Source: Parerythrobacter sp. (GTDB lineage Bacteria; Pseudomonadota; Alphaproteobacteria; Sphingomonadales; Sphingomonadaceae). From it: 55,028 nucleotides of DNA. Of the stretch, positions 21,021-33,638 are shown in pieces. Both the position numbers and the translations under genes were made by a program. Each line of letters opens with the position of its first letter. Position 1 is the first letter of the stretch. The notes under the pieces are model-generated. The model was not told the origin of the DNA. It worked only from the letters and a program-made list of their open reading frames with translations, and made no database searches. The stretch spans positions 1 to 55,028 of the forward strand of contig JBGSPZ010000013.1 in the NCBI GenBank assembly GCA_041738375.1, in the 5' to 3' direction.

Positions 21021-21065
21021 TCTTCGGGGATATTGCGGGACGCTCTCAATGGGGCAATTCCGCTT

Positions 21066-23027
21066 ATGGCCAACGCAACTCGGACCCGATTCGCTACGCG
21101 CATCCTTGATTTGTTCAAGGAAAGCGCCGGCAACGTATTCCCGCTCGCTGCGGTGGGGCTGATCGTGCTTGCCGGCATGGTCGGCGGCGGCGTCGATATC
21201 TCGCGCGCCTACATGGCGCAGAACCGCCTCCAAAGCGCGTGCGATGCCGGGGTTCTGGCGGGCCGCAAAGCAGTCGGCAGCAACGGTTACGACGCCAATG
21301 CGGAAGAGCAGGCGGACACGTTCTTCGACACCAATTTCGATGCCAGCGAACAGGGCGTGACCGGCCTGGTATTTGACACCGATTCGGAGGATGACGGCAA
21401 CACCATCGAGGGCACCGCATCGGCCACCATGGAAACTGCCGTCATGAAGCTGTTCGGCTTCGAGAGCATGCCGATCGCAGTCGAATGCAGCGCCTCCATG
21501 TCGATCGGCAACAGCGATGTGATGATGGTGCTCGACACCACCGGGTCGATGGACTGGGCAGTGAGTAGTTCCGACAGCACCAAGCGTATCGTTGCGCTGC
21601 GTTCCGCGATGAAGAGCTTCTTCGACACGCTGGATACTGCCGCATCGGGCGGCAATGGCCGCATTCGTTATGGCTTCGTGCCCTACAGCTCGGCGGTCAA
21701 CGTCGGCCAGCTGTTGTACGATGAAGACCCGTCATATCTCGCCGACAGCTGGACCTACCAGTCGCGCGAACCCCAGTATCGCACCGTCACGCACCAGACG
21801 CTGTCGGGCTACAAGCCACCGTATTACACCAGCGATACCGGCTACAGCAACATCAGCAACGGTAGCTGGTATTACTACGGCAGCAACAATTACAAGAACA
21901 AGAACACTTGCGAAGACAACATGCCCTCGGCCACCAACTGGGCCAACCAGGGGAGCAGTTCGACCGACACCACAACCTATATCGATTCGCAGCAACGGCG
22001 CATTACCCGCACGACGGTGACGCAAGGCCAGCGGCGGACCGAATACGATTGCTACAAGAGCAGTGGTCGCTGGTACGTCATCTATCGCAACCAGGATCGT
22101 GACTATTACCAGCACAGCTACGCGATCGAGGATCCGATCTTCACCACCACGACGACAAGTGTGTTCGACCACTGGTCGTACAAGGCGGTCGCTTACGACA
22201 CGAGCTCGTTCAAGACATTTGCCGCGGTCAATACGCCGACCGGCACCGACGGTGCCAATGCCAGCTCCACCTGGGCCGGATGCATCGAAGAGCGCAGTAC
22301 CGTGTCGGACGATACATTTAGCTTCTCCAAGATCAGCGGCATGTCTCCAGCTGCGGCATTTGACCTCGATATCGATTCGGCGCCTGACAGTGCATCGACG
22401 AAATGGGGTCCGATGTGGAACCAGATCAGCTATTACCGGACAACCAGCAACGGGAACTATCTGACCAGCGCGTCGACTTCGGACTACGGCCGCAAAGCAA
22501 GTTCGGCCTGCCCTGTCGGGGCACGGCTCTTCGCCGAGATGACCGAAGAGGAGTTCGATGCCTATGCCGATTCGCTTACGCCCAACGGCGCGACCTATCT
22601 CGACATCGGCATGATCTGGGGTGCCCGGCTCTCATCGCCCGACGGGATCTTTGCCGACAACGTGAATGATGCTCCGGCGAACGGCGGGTCGGTCGCCCGG
22701 CACATCATCTTCATGACCGACGGCGAGATGGACACGAGCTATACCACGCACACCAGCTACGGTATCGAGTATCACGACCGGCGCATCACCGACGACGGCT
22801 ATTCCGAGCAGGACGAGCGTCACAGCTCTCGCTTCCTCGCCGTGTGCGAAGCCGCAAAGGCCAAGGGTATTCGTATCTGGGTGATCGCTTTCGGCGCCGC
22901 ACTCACCTCGGACCTCGAAACCTGTGCGTCGCCGGACAGCTCCTTCACCGCAGCCAACTCGGCATCGCTCAATGCAGCGTTCCAGTCGATCGGCAAGGTC
23001 GTCGGCGAGCTGCGGGTGACGCAATGA
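21066..23027 (+). CDS. TadG-like pilus tip protein with vWA domain (cassette 2)
   Basis: KESAGN + TM, GGGVDISRAY, LQSACDAGVLA, MIDAS LDTTGSM, YGFVPY, DIGMIWGARL, IIFMTDG. Confidence 0.87.
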   Translation: MANATRTRFATRILDLFKESAGNVFPLAAVGLIVLAGMVGGGVDISRAYMAQNRLQSACDAGVLAGRKAVGSNGYDANAEEQADTFFDTNFDASEQGVTGLVFDTDSEDDGNTIEGTASATMETAVMKLFGFESMPIAVECSASMSIGNSDVMMVLDTTGSMDWAVSSSDSTKRIVALRSAMKSFFDTLDTAASGGNGRIRYGFVPYSSAVNVGQLLYDEDPSYLADSWTYQSREPQYRTVTHQTLSGYKPPYYTSDTGYSNISNGSWYYYGSNNYKNKNTCEDNMPSATNWANQGSSSTDTTTYIDSQQRRITRTTVTQGQRRTEYDCYKSSGRWYVIYRNQDRDYYQHSYAIEDPIFTTTTTSVFDHWSYKAVAYDTSSFKTFAAVNTPTGTDGANASSTWAGCIEERSTVSDDTFSFSKISGMSPAAAFDLDIDSAPDSASTKWGPMWNQISYYRTTSNGNYLTSASTSDYGRKASSACPVGARLFAEMTEEEFDAYADSLTPNGATYLDIGMIWGARLSSPDGIFADNVNDAPANGGSVARHIIFMTDGEMDTSYTTHTSYGIEYHDRRITDDGYSEQDERHSSRFLAVCEAAKAKGIRIWVIAFGAALTSDLETCASPDSSFTAANSASLNAAFQSIGKVVGELRVTQ

Positions 23028-23626
23028 CGGGGCGCAAGCGCATTCCTCTTGCCCGACTGTTGCGGGATGATAGCAGCGGTGCCGCGCTCATGGAGTTCGG
23101 CCTCGTCGCGCCGATCTTCCTGTTCCTCCTGCTCTCGTTGTTCGATCTCGGGCAGTGGATGTACGCCCGCTCGATCCTCGACGGAGCGGTTCAGGTTGCG
23201 GCGCGTTCCAGCTCGTTGGAGGTTGGCGACACGACCGCCGCTGACGCCCATGTGTCGGAAATGGTCAAGCGCATCACGCCCGATGCGACCGTGGTTGCAA
23301 GCCGCGTGAGCTATTTCGACTTCGCCGATGTCGATCGTGCCGAGAAATGGAACGACGAGGACAACAGCGGCGACTGCAACGACGGCGAGGCCTTCACCGA
23401 CGAGAACGGCAATGGCAGCTGGGATGCCGATATCGGCGTGAGCGGCAACGGCGGTGCCGGAGATGTCGTGGTGTATACCGTGACGGTAAACTACGAGCCG
23501 TCTTTTGCGATGCCGTTGCTCCCGCATATCGGTGACACGCGCACCCTCGAATCGACCGCAATGACCAAGAACCAGCCGTTCGCGCTGCAAACAGGCTATA
23601 CGGCGGAGGCTGGCACATGCGAATGA
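23024..23626 (+). CDS. TadE-like Flp pilus minor pilin (cassette 2, second gene)
   Basis: RDDSSG|AALMEFGLVAP, DEDNSG/DENGNG loops, KNQPF; ATGA overlap with tadG2. Confidence 0.87.
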   Translation: MTGRKRIPLARLLRDDSSGAALMEFGLVAPIFLFLLLSLFDLGQWMYARSILDGAVQVAARSSSLEVGDTTAADAHVSEMVKRITPDATVVASRVSYFDFADVDRAEKWNDEDNSGDCNDGEAFTDENGNGSWDADIGVSGNGGAGDVVVYTVTVNYEPSFAMPLLPHIGDTRTLESTAMTKNQPFALQTGYTAEAGTCE

Positions 23627-24273
23627 GCCGGGGAGCCATTGTGCGCCTGTGGCGCTCGACCGATGCCATCGCAATGACCGAGTTTGCGTTCGTGCTGCCG
23701 GTCCTGCTGACGATGGGGCTGTACGGGGCGGAGATCGCCCGGATGGCGATGACGCGCACGCAAATCAGCCAGATTGCCCTCTCGGTGGCGGACAACGCTT
23801 CGCGTCTGGGTCAAACCGACAATAGCGGCGTCACGCCGACGATCACCGAAACCGATGTTGATGCCATCCTCGACGGCGCAATCCGCCAGGGCTCGTCGAT
23901 CGACCTTGAGGAGAATGGGAGGATCATTCTCTCCAGCCTCGAATTCGACGAATTCTCGAACCGTCAGTACATCCATTGGCAACGCTGCCGCGGCGACGCC
24001 GAAATCGATTCCGAATATGGTGACGATGGTGCCAACAGCGGTCTTACTGGCGCGGTCCTGACCGGAATGGGAAGCGGGTCGTCGAAGGCGACCGCAAGCC
24101 CGGGAACCGCAGTCATGTTCGTCGAAGTTGAGTATACCTATAGCGCGTTGTTCGAGAATCCCTTCGGCTCTGGCGACCAGACCCTTCGCTCGGAGGCAGC
24201 TTTTCTGATCAGAGACGACCGCAACCTGACACCTGGCCTCACCGGCGGAAGCAGCAACTCGGAGTGTGACTAG
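23623..24273 (+). CDS. TadE/TadF-like Flp pilus minor pilin (cassette 2, third gene)
   Basis: RSTDA|IAMTEFAFVLP, VADNASRLG, GRIILSSLE, YIHWQRC, VMFVEVEYTY. Confidence 0.85.
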   Translation: MSRGAIVRLWRSTDAIAMTEFAFVLPVLLTMGLYGAEIARMAMTRTQISQIALSVADNASRLGQTDNSGVTPTITETDVDAILDGAIRQGSSIDLEENGRIILSSLEFDEFSNRQYIHWQRCRGDAEIDSEYGDDGANSGLTGAVLTGMGSGSSKATASPGTAVMFVEVEYTYSALFENPFGSGDQTLRSEAAFLIRDDRNLTPGLTGGSSNSECD

Positions 24274-24317
24274 GGCTCCGGCTTGACTCGCACGCTGGGC
24301 GAAGCCACGCGATTGCG

Positions 24318-24980
24318 ATGGAACTGCCGCCCTTCGATGCGCTTCCGCTTCCGCAGCGCCTCGCGCTGGCACATGCTCCCGCAGACTTGAGACCTGCTGC
24401 AGTCGCCGCTTTCGCGCTCGACGCGCGCCTGGCAAAGTTCGTCGCCAAGGCGAGCGAGCCTCTCGTCGGGCAGCTCCGGCTTGCCTGGTGGCGGGAGCAA
24501 TTGGGCAAACAGACAAAAGACAGGGTTGCAGGGGATGCGATCCTTGACAGTCTGTCATCGCATTGGGGGGCAGCGAGCTGCGAGCTGACCGGGCTGGTGG
24601 AAGGCTGGGAACGGATGCTGGGCGATCCTCCTTTGCCGGAGGATGCCATCATCGAGTTCGTCGGTGGACGGGCGGCGATTTTTGCCGGACTCACGACGCT
24701 GGCTGGTTGCAAAGGTAGCGCGGCCACCGCACTTCAGCTTGGCCATCATTGGGCAATGGCTGATATGTTGGCTCACATCGCTGGACCGGATCGCGATGCG
24801 ATCTTGGCCAATTTGCCGACTCAAGCGCCCGTTGGCGATGCTCGACTGCCCCGCAAGCTGCGCCACCTCTCCATACTCGGTTCGTTGGGATGCAGGGCAT
24901 TGACGCGCGGTGGGGGCCCCTTGATTGCCGGTCGGCGCGACGTGCTGCATATCATGCGGCTTGGCATGTTCGGTCGCTAG
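24318..24980 (+). CDS. Squalene/phytoene synthase-like (NDUFAF6-like) protein lacking catalytic DDxxD
   Basis: FALDARL...SEPLVGQLRLAWWRE motif; usual neighbour of trmFO. Confidence 0.65.
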   Translation: MELPPFDALPLPQRLALAHAPADLRPAAVAAFALDARLAKFVAKASEPLVGQLRLAWWREQLGKQTKDRVAGDAILDSLSSHWGAASCELTGLVEGWERMLGDPPLPEDAIIEFVGGRAAIFAGLTTLAGCKGSAATALQLGHHWAMADMLAHIAGPDRDAILANLPTQAPVGDARLPRKLRHLSILGSLGCRALTRGGGPLIAGRRDVLHIMRLGMFGR

Positions 24981-25012
24981 GCTATTCTGCGGCCGTCGCA
25001 GGAGGGTTTCGC

Positions 25013-25480
25013 ATGAACCGGATTTTTCTTGGCGCATTCAGTGCTCTGGTACTCGTCGGCGTCGGCCTGTTCTGGTGGCAGGGCAGGGCGGAAGTCGAGC
25101 AGGGCGCGCCGCCGCCCGATCCCGCCACGCTTGCCGATCCAAACGCGGAGCCGGAAATTCCGGTGGCCGACGTCGGCGAAATGCGCGGACCCGCTCCTCC
25201 GGTAGCGTCCGAGCTTTCGCGAGAGCAGCGGCGATTTTTCCGCTACGATCGCAACCGCGACCTGCGCGTTACCCGCAACGAGATGCTCGCCACCCGGACC
25301 AATGATTTCCGCAAGCTCGACAAGGACGGCAACAACTTGCTGACCTTCGAGGAATGGGCCGTGACCACCGCGACCCGGTTCGACCAGGCCGACGCCAACA
25401 AGGATCGCGAATTGTCGCAGGCCGAGTTTGCCAGAACCGCCCCCAAGCGCAGCGCGCGCAGACCGGCGTGTCGCTGCTAG
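25013..25480 (+). CDS. Membrane-anchored EF-hand protein
   Basis: N-terminal TM then three EF-hand-like loops [36 protein letters not shown]; GGAGG SD. Confidence 0.8.
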   Translation: MNRIFLGAFSALVLVGVGLFWWQGRAEVEQGAPPPDPATLADPNAEPEIPVADVGEMRGPAPPVASELSREQRRFFRYDRNRDLRVTRNEMLATRTNDFRKLDKDGNNLLTFEEWAVTTATRFDQADANKDRELSQAEFARTAPKRSARRPACRC

Positions 25481-26844
25481 GCCGGAACCCGCTCCAGCGA
25501 TTGCATCCATACGCCGAAGTCGGCCTTTCCGCGCGAGGTATAGGCCTCCTTGCGTGATTTCTTCTTCACCTCGTGCATCGGTTCGAACAGCCCGAAATTT
25601 ACATTCATCGGCTGGAAGGTCGCAGCCTCCGCATCGCCGGTAATATGGGCCAGCAGCGCACCCATCGCAGTCGTGCGCGGCGGCGAAATCCAGCGATGTC
25701 CGGCCAATTCGGTTGCCGTCATTGTCCCGGCTAGCAAACCGATCGCCGAACTCTCGACATAGCCCTCGCATCCGGTGATCTGTCCGGCGAAGCGGATATG
25801 CCCTGCATTTTTCAGGCGCAGCTGCCTGTCGAGCACGATCGGCGAATTGATGAAAGTGTTGCGGTGCAGCCCGCCGAGCCGCGCAAACTCGGCATTCCCG
25901 AGGCCCGGGATCGTGCGAAACAGCTCGGTCTGCGCGCCGTATTTCATCTTGGTCTGGAAGCCGACCATGTTCCACAAGGTGCCGAGCTTGTTGTCCTGCC
26001 GCAACTGGACCACGGCGTAAGGCCAGCGGCCTTGCGGAAACTCCGGCGTCACATCGCGCGGATTGTCCAGCCCGACCGGCTTCATCGGTCCGAAGCGCAG
26101 GGTTTCGACCCCGCGCGCAGCCATCACCTCGATCGGCATGCAACCATCGAAATAGGGCGTGTCGGCTTCCCATTCGCGAAATTCGGTTTTCTCGGCGTCG
26201 AGCAGACCCTGATGGAACGCGAGGTACTGCTCCTTCGTCATGGGGCAGTTGATGTAGTCGCCATCCTCGTTGGACGCTTCGTTCCTCTTGTTCCAGCGTG
26301 ACTGGATCCAGCAAATGTCCATGTCGATGCTGTCGCGATGGACGATCGGGGCAATCGCATCGAAAAAGGCGAGCCGATCCTGTCCGGTGGCCGCGACGAT
26401 GCTTTCGGCGAGCGATTGCGCCGTCAGCGGTCCGGTGGCGACGATGGTCAGCCCGGCTTCGGGAAGCCTGTCCACCTTCTCGCGCACGATGGTCACCTTC
26501 GGGTGCTGTTCGAGCGCCTTCTGGACCTCTGCGGAAAACACGTCGCGATCGACTGCCATCGCCGATCCGGCCGGAACACGGGCCACCTCGCCAGCCCGCA
26601 TCACCAGCGAATCGAGCCGCCGCATCTCGTGATGCAGCAGACCCACGGCGTTGCGTTCGTCGTCATCGGACCGGAAGCTGTTCGAACAGACGAGTTCGGC
26701 CAGACCATCGGTCTGATGGGCAGGCGTGGTCTCACCCGTGCCGCGCATTTCCGACAGGCGCACGCGGTGGCCGCGCTGCGCCAGCTGCCACGCAGCTTCG
26801 CAACCTGCGAGCCCGCCGCCAATGATGTGAACATCGTAATCCAT
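25477..26844 (-). CDS. trmFO: Methylenetetrahydrofolate--tRNA-(uracil-5-)-methyltransferase
   Basis: [59 protein letters not shown]. Confidence 0.96.
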   Translation of the reverse strand: MDYDVHIIGGGLAGCEAAWQLAQRGHRVRLSEMRGTGETTPAHQTDGLAELVCSNSFRSDDDERNAVGLLHHEMRRLDSLVMRAGEVARVPAGSAMAVDRDVFSAEVQKALEQHPKVTIVREKVDRLPEAGLTIVATGPLTAQSLAESIVAATGQDRLAFFDAIAPIVHRDSIDMDICWIQSRWNKRNEASNEDGDYINCPMTKEQYLAFHQGLLDAEKTEFREWEADTPYFDGCMPIEVMAARGVETLRFGPMKPVGLDNPRDVTPEFPQGRWPYAVVQLRQDNKLGTLWNMVGFQTKMKYGAQTELFRTIPGLGNAEFARLGGLHRNTFINSPIVLDRQLRLKNAGHIRFAGQITGCEGYVESSAIGLLAGTMTATELAGHRWISPPRTTAMGALLAHITGDAEAATFQPMNVNFGLFEPMHEVKKKSRKEAYTSRGKADFGVWMQSLERVPA

Positions 26845-26957
26845 GGCTTGCCCATAGTGCCCGGGCCGCGTTCGGCAACACCCTGTCGTCTTGGCGGCAA
26901 AAAGTCGCTACCGCGCCAACGACAATAGCAATTCCGCGTCGGAGCCTTCCTCACACC

Positions 26958-28958
26958 ATGACCCAAAACGCATTGGAACGGGCCTATGCTGCGCGGCAAG
27001 GGGGTGACGATGCAGTCGCTGAGGCGCTTTGCAGGTCGATTCTGAATGGCGATCCCGGGAACTTTGCCGCGCGCAGCCTGCTCGCAGTTTGTCTCGCCGA
27101 GCGGGGTGAGATTGCCGACGCCCGCCCACTCGCGGAGCAAGCGGCGGAGTCCGATCCCGACAATTGGCGTTTCTTGCTCAATCTGTCCGTCATCCGCGAG
27201 ATCGACGGGGATGCAGAAGCAGCGCTCGATTATGCGCGAAAGGCGACCGGCCTGGCTCCCGAACGGTTCGAAGCCTGGGGGCGCCTGGGCGATCTCGCGG
27301 GTACACAGGGAAGGTTCGATGAAGCGACCCTTGCGCTCGACCGGGCGTCTGATCTGAACGAGAGCCACCCCGCCCTTGCGCTGCGTCTTGCGGGTGCAGC
27401 TTTCGAAACCGGGAAGCTCGATATCTGCGAGAAGGCGATCGGCCGGTTCGAGCGGATTGTGCCACAGCATCCCGAAGCCCTTCGCCTGAATACCCACCTG
27501 CTGCGAAAGCGCGGCGATCGCGCGGGATATGCTGAAGCGGCGTCACGCTGGCTTGTTGCCGAGCCAAGCGACCCTGCTGCGCGTGTCGCGCTGGCACATG
27601 CGTTGGCACAGCGGGAGGACTATGACGGCGCAGTCGAAACCTATCGCCCATTGGTCGAAGCCTATCCCGACGACGCGACCCATGCCGCCGCTCTGGCGCA
27701 ATATCTGCTGTGGGCCCGTAAATTCGATGCGGCGGAGCACCTGTTTCTGCGGGCATTGGCACTCGACCCAAAGCACGGAGACGCTGCCGCGGGTCTGGCG
27801 CGCCTTCATGTCTACCGGGGAGAGATGGAGAGCGCCGAGCGATTGGCCCGCCAGGCAATCGCATCCGATCCAACCAATGTAGAAGGCTATGCACAGCTTG
27901 CTTTGGCGACCAATTCGGCCCTCTCGGAGGATGAGCTCCAGCATTTGCGCGCCTTGGCCGATGACCCCAGGATTGCGTCCGAGCATCGGGTTATTGCGGG
28001 GTTCACGGCGGGTGAGGTTCACCACCGCCGCAAGGAGCATCGCGAAGCATTCGACAGCTGGGCGAAGGCGAATGAACTGAAGCGCACCGGCAGCGGCGAT
28101 GCTTCGTCCATGCACTACAACCAGGAAGAGGCAGAGCGATGGAGCGAGCGGCTGTTGACTGTGTTTCGCGAAGTTCCGCGTGTGCGGGCCACCCCCGTGG
28201 ATGGCCAGCCCACGCCTTTGTTCGTGGTCGGCATGCCGCGTTCGGGGACGACCTTGCTCGATGTCGCGCTTGCAGCACACCGCGATATTTCTTCCGGCGG
28301 CGAGCTCCCTGCGATGCCCGGTATTCTGGAGCAGTTCATGGAATGGGCGAGGGCGGAGAATTGGCTGGGAGGCACGATTCCGGGGCCGGTCACCGACGCG
28401 ATGCGCGCGGCCTATGTCTCGCAGTATACCCGTTACGGAATCGCGGAAGCCAAATACGTGGTCGACAAGCAGCCGCTGAACTTCCAGTCGGTAGGTCTGA
28501 TCCGGCACCTGTTTCCCGCCGCTCCGATCATCCACATCCGCCGAAACCCGCTGGAAACCGGCTTTTCCATCTTCCGCAAGAACTTCACCCGATCGTGGAC
28601 GTTTTCGACCTCGCTTGAAGATATCGGTCATTTCTACGGTCAGTATGTGCGCATTACCGACCGCTGGCGCGAAGCTCTGGGCAATGCATGGGCCGAAGTG
28701 CAGTTCGAGACGCTTGCTGCCGAATTCGAACCGCAGATGCGCCGCATCGTCGAGCATATCGGCCTCGATTGGGATCCAGCGTGCCTCGACTACCACCAAC
28801 GAACCGCTATCGTGACGACCTTGAGCTCGACCCAGATCCGTAAGCCGCCGTCGACCGATCACCTAGATTCCACCTCGCCTTATACGCAGCAACTTCAACC
28901 GCTCAGATTCTCTCTCGAGCAGGCCGGTGTCGCGGTTTCCTCATCGAAGCATGGATAG
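26958..28958 (+). CDS. TPR-repeat-containing sulfotransferase family protein
   Basis: N-terminal TPR-like helical repeats; PAPS-binding FVVGMPRSGTTLL, DKQPLNF, IHIRRNPLETGFS, GLDWDPACL. Confidence 0.87.
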   Translation: MTQNALERAYAARQGGDDAVAEALCRSILNGDPGNFAARSLLAVCLAERGEIADARPLAEQAAESDPDNWRFLLNLSVIREIDGDAEAALDYARKATGLAPERFEAWGRLGDLAGTQGRFDEATLALDRASDLNESHPALALRLAGAAFETGKLDICEKAIGRFERIVPQHPEALRLNTHLLRKRGDRAGYAEAASRWLVAEPSDPAARVALAHALAQREDYDGAVETYRPLVEAYPDDATHAAALAQYLLWARKFDAAEHLFLRALALDPKHGDAAAGLARLHVYRGEMESAERLARQAIASDPTNVEGYAQLALATNSALSEDELQHLRALADDPRIASEHRVIAGFTAGEVHHRRKEHREAFDSWAKANELKRTGSGDASSMHYNQEEAERWSERLLTVFREVPRVRATPVDGQPTPLFVVGMPRSGTTLLDVALAAHRDISSGGELPAMPGILEQFMEWARAENWLGGTIPGPVTDAMRAAYVSQYTRYGIAEAKYVVDKQPLNFQSVGLIRHLFPAAPIIHIRRNPLETGFSIFRKNFTRSWTFSTSLEDIGHFYGQYVRITDRWREALGNAWAEVQFETLAAEFEPQMRRIVEHIGLDWDPACLDYHQRTAIVTTLSSTQIRKPPSTDHLDSTSPYTQQLQPLRFSLEQAGVAVSSSKHG

Positions 28959-29022
28959 ATGAAAGCCCGGCCTTGCGCTCACCGACCGCCGGGCTCTAGC
29001 GGAACTGCAAGGGGATAGCGCG

Positions 29023-29688
29023 ATGTCCAGACATGCATTGGCCGAACATCGACCGTGGCTGCTCGCGAGCCTTGCCGCTTCGCTGGCCTATTACGTGGTC
29101 ACCAAGAGGTGGATTCCGGGCGATCCCATGCCCGAGCTCTATCTTGCCATCCTCAAGGGGGCTGGGGTTGGGTTCCTCGCCGTCTTCGCTTGGGTTCGCC
29201 ACCCGGAAAACGACGCGAAGGTGATTGCCCTTGTCATGGCGCTTGGTGCCTTGGGAGATGCCCTGCTCGATCTGTTCTTCGAGGTAGGAGCGGGGTTCTT
29301 CCTCGCGGGGCATCTCGTGGCTTGCGTTTTCTATCTCCGTCATCGCCGCGCGCAATACGGTGCAAGCCAGATCGGTGCAGCCTTCGCCATACTGGTCATG
29401 ACGCCTGCAGTTTCATGGTTGCTGACCAAGGACCCGCTGGTCCTGCTCTATTCGGTCGGTCTCGGCGCGATGGCAGCGACGGCTTGGGCTAGCCGCTTTT
29501 CGCGTTACCGGGTCGGTCTGGGCGCAGTGCTTTTCGTTATCTCGGACTGGCTGATTTTTGCCCGGATGGGGATTGCAGATGCGGGGCCATTTGCCGATTG
29601 GCTCGTCTGGCCAATCTACTATTCGGGGCAATTCCTGATCGCTACCGGCGTGATCCAGGCCCTGCGCAGCGACATGGCGGACCGCTAG
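29023..29688 (+). CDS. Lysoplasmalogenase/YhhN family membrane protein
   Basis: LGDALL, FFLAGH, GAVLFVISDWLI, WPIYYSGQFLI. Confidence 0.85.
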   Translation: MSRHALAEHRPWLLASLAASLAYYVVTKRWIPGDPMPELYLAILKGAGVGFLAVFAWVRHPENDAKVIALVMALGALGDALLDLFFEVGAGFFLAGHLVACVFYLRHRRAQYGASQIGAAFAILVMTPAVSWLLTKDPLVLLYSVGLGAMAATAWASRFSRYRVGLGAVLFVISDWLIFARMGIADAGPFADWLVWPIYYSGQFLIATGVIQALRSDMADR

Positions 29689-30522
29689 CCGTTCCAGGCA
29701 GCGATGGTGGTGCGATGGAGTTCGCGTCGGTGGCCTTCATAGCCGCCGCTTGCGCGGTGCAGGACCGAGCGATTGTCCCATAATACCAGCATGCCGGGTT
29801 CCCATTTGTGCCGATAGACGAATTCGTCGCGGACCTGCCACTGGGCCAGCTCCGATAGCAATTCGAACGCTGATTGCTGATCCATGCCTTCGATGCCGAT
29901 AATGTATCCCAGCGTCGAGAAAATCGCTTCCTCGCCGGTTTCGGGATGGCGCTGGACAAGAGGATGGCGTTCGACCTTGCGCGCGCTTTCGTCGGGGCGG
30001 ATCGCCATCGAACGGCCCGTGTCCTTCTCGCCATAGGTGCCATCTGGCGCATAAGCGAGTTGGGCCGAATGGAGCGCCGTCAACGCCCGCAGTTCCGACT
30101 TTCGATCGTCTGGAAGATCGGCAAACGCTGCGACCTGGTCTGCGAAAAACGTATCGCCGCCAACCGGCGGAATGTCGATGGCCAGTAGACAGGTCCCGGC
30201 AGGTGGGCGGGGCAGAAAGCTCCAGTCGCTGTGCCAGTTTTCGGCGAACAGCGGCGTTGTCTCGTCAGCCTCGCGCAGGATCGCGGCGATATGCTCGCGT
30301 CCTTCGATCGGGCGAAGAACGGGTCCTCGCCAAAGCCGCCCATCGCAACGGTGAACCGCTCGAGTGCATCGTCATCCATCGACTGGCCGACAAAGGCCAG
30401 TATACGATGATCAAGCCATGCCGACCGGATTTCACCGATCAAATCATCGTCGAGTTTTCCCGAGAGGTCGACGCCGCTCACATATGCGCCACACGCCTGT
30501 CCGCTCGGTTCGACGATGATCG

Positions 30523-30526
<4 letters not shown>
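29685..30526 (-). pseudogene. TauD/TfdA-family Fe(II)/2-oxoglutarate dioxygenase, frameshifted (pseudogene or sequencing error)
   Basis: N-part MTIIVEPSGQACGAYVSGVDL...GEDPFF; after one missing base at about 30310-30312 it continues IEGREHIAAILREADETTPLFAENWHSDWSF...GGDTFFAD...HPLVQRHPETG...WDNRSVLHRA. Confidence 0.85.
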
Positions 30527-33351
<2,825 letters not shown>

Positions 33352-33638
33352 AGGGGATCTTTTCAGCTACGTCCGCTACGCGAGAACAAGAGGGACCTAA
33401 TGTAGGGGAAGGAGGAGGAAACCGCCAGTTTTCTGCGCCATTCAGCGGCCCGAAGCCGTCTGTTTTCCACATGTGTCTGGCCGCAAGCTTAAGCTTGGCA
33501 GCTCACGGCATTCAAAACCGGTTCAGCAGGCAAAACCTAACAGCATTTGCAATCCGGAACGCGAAGCGGCAGTAGCGCGCGTGTGAGCCGTATTCCGCCC
33601 TACCAAGGCAAGTCCACTCGTTAATGGGAGTCACCCAA

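Noticed and set aside
17624-24317. Site-specific invertible shufflon at the Tad cassettes
   Set aside because: No recombinase gene or clear terminal inverted repeats found; paralogues are substantially diverged. Kept only as a testable possibility in findings.
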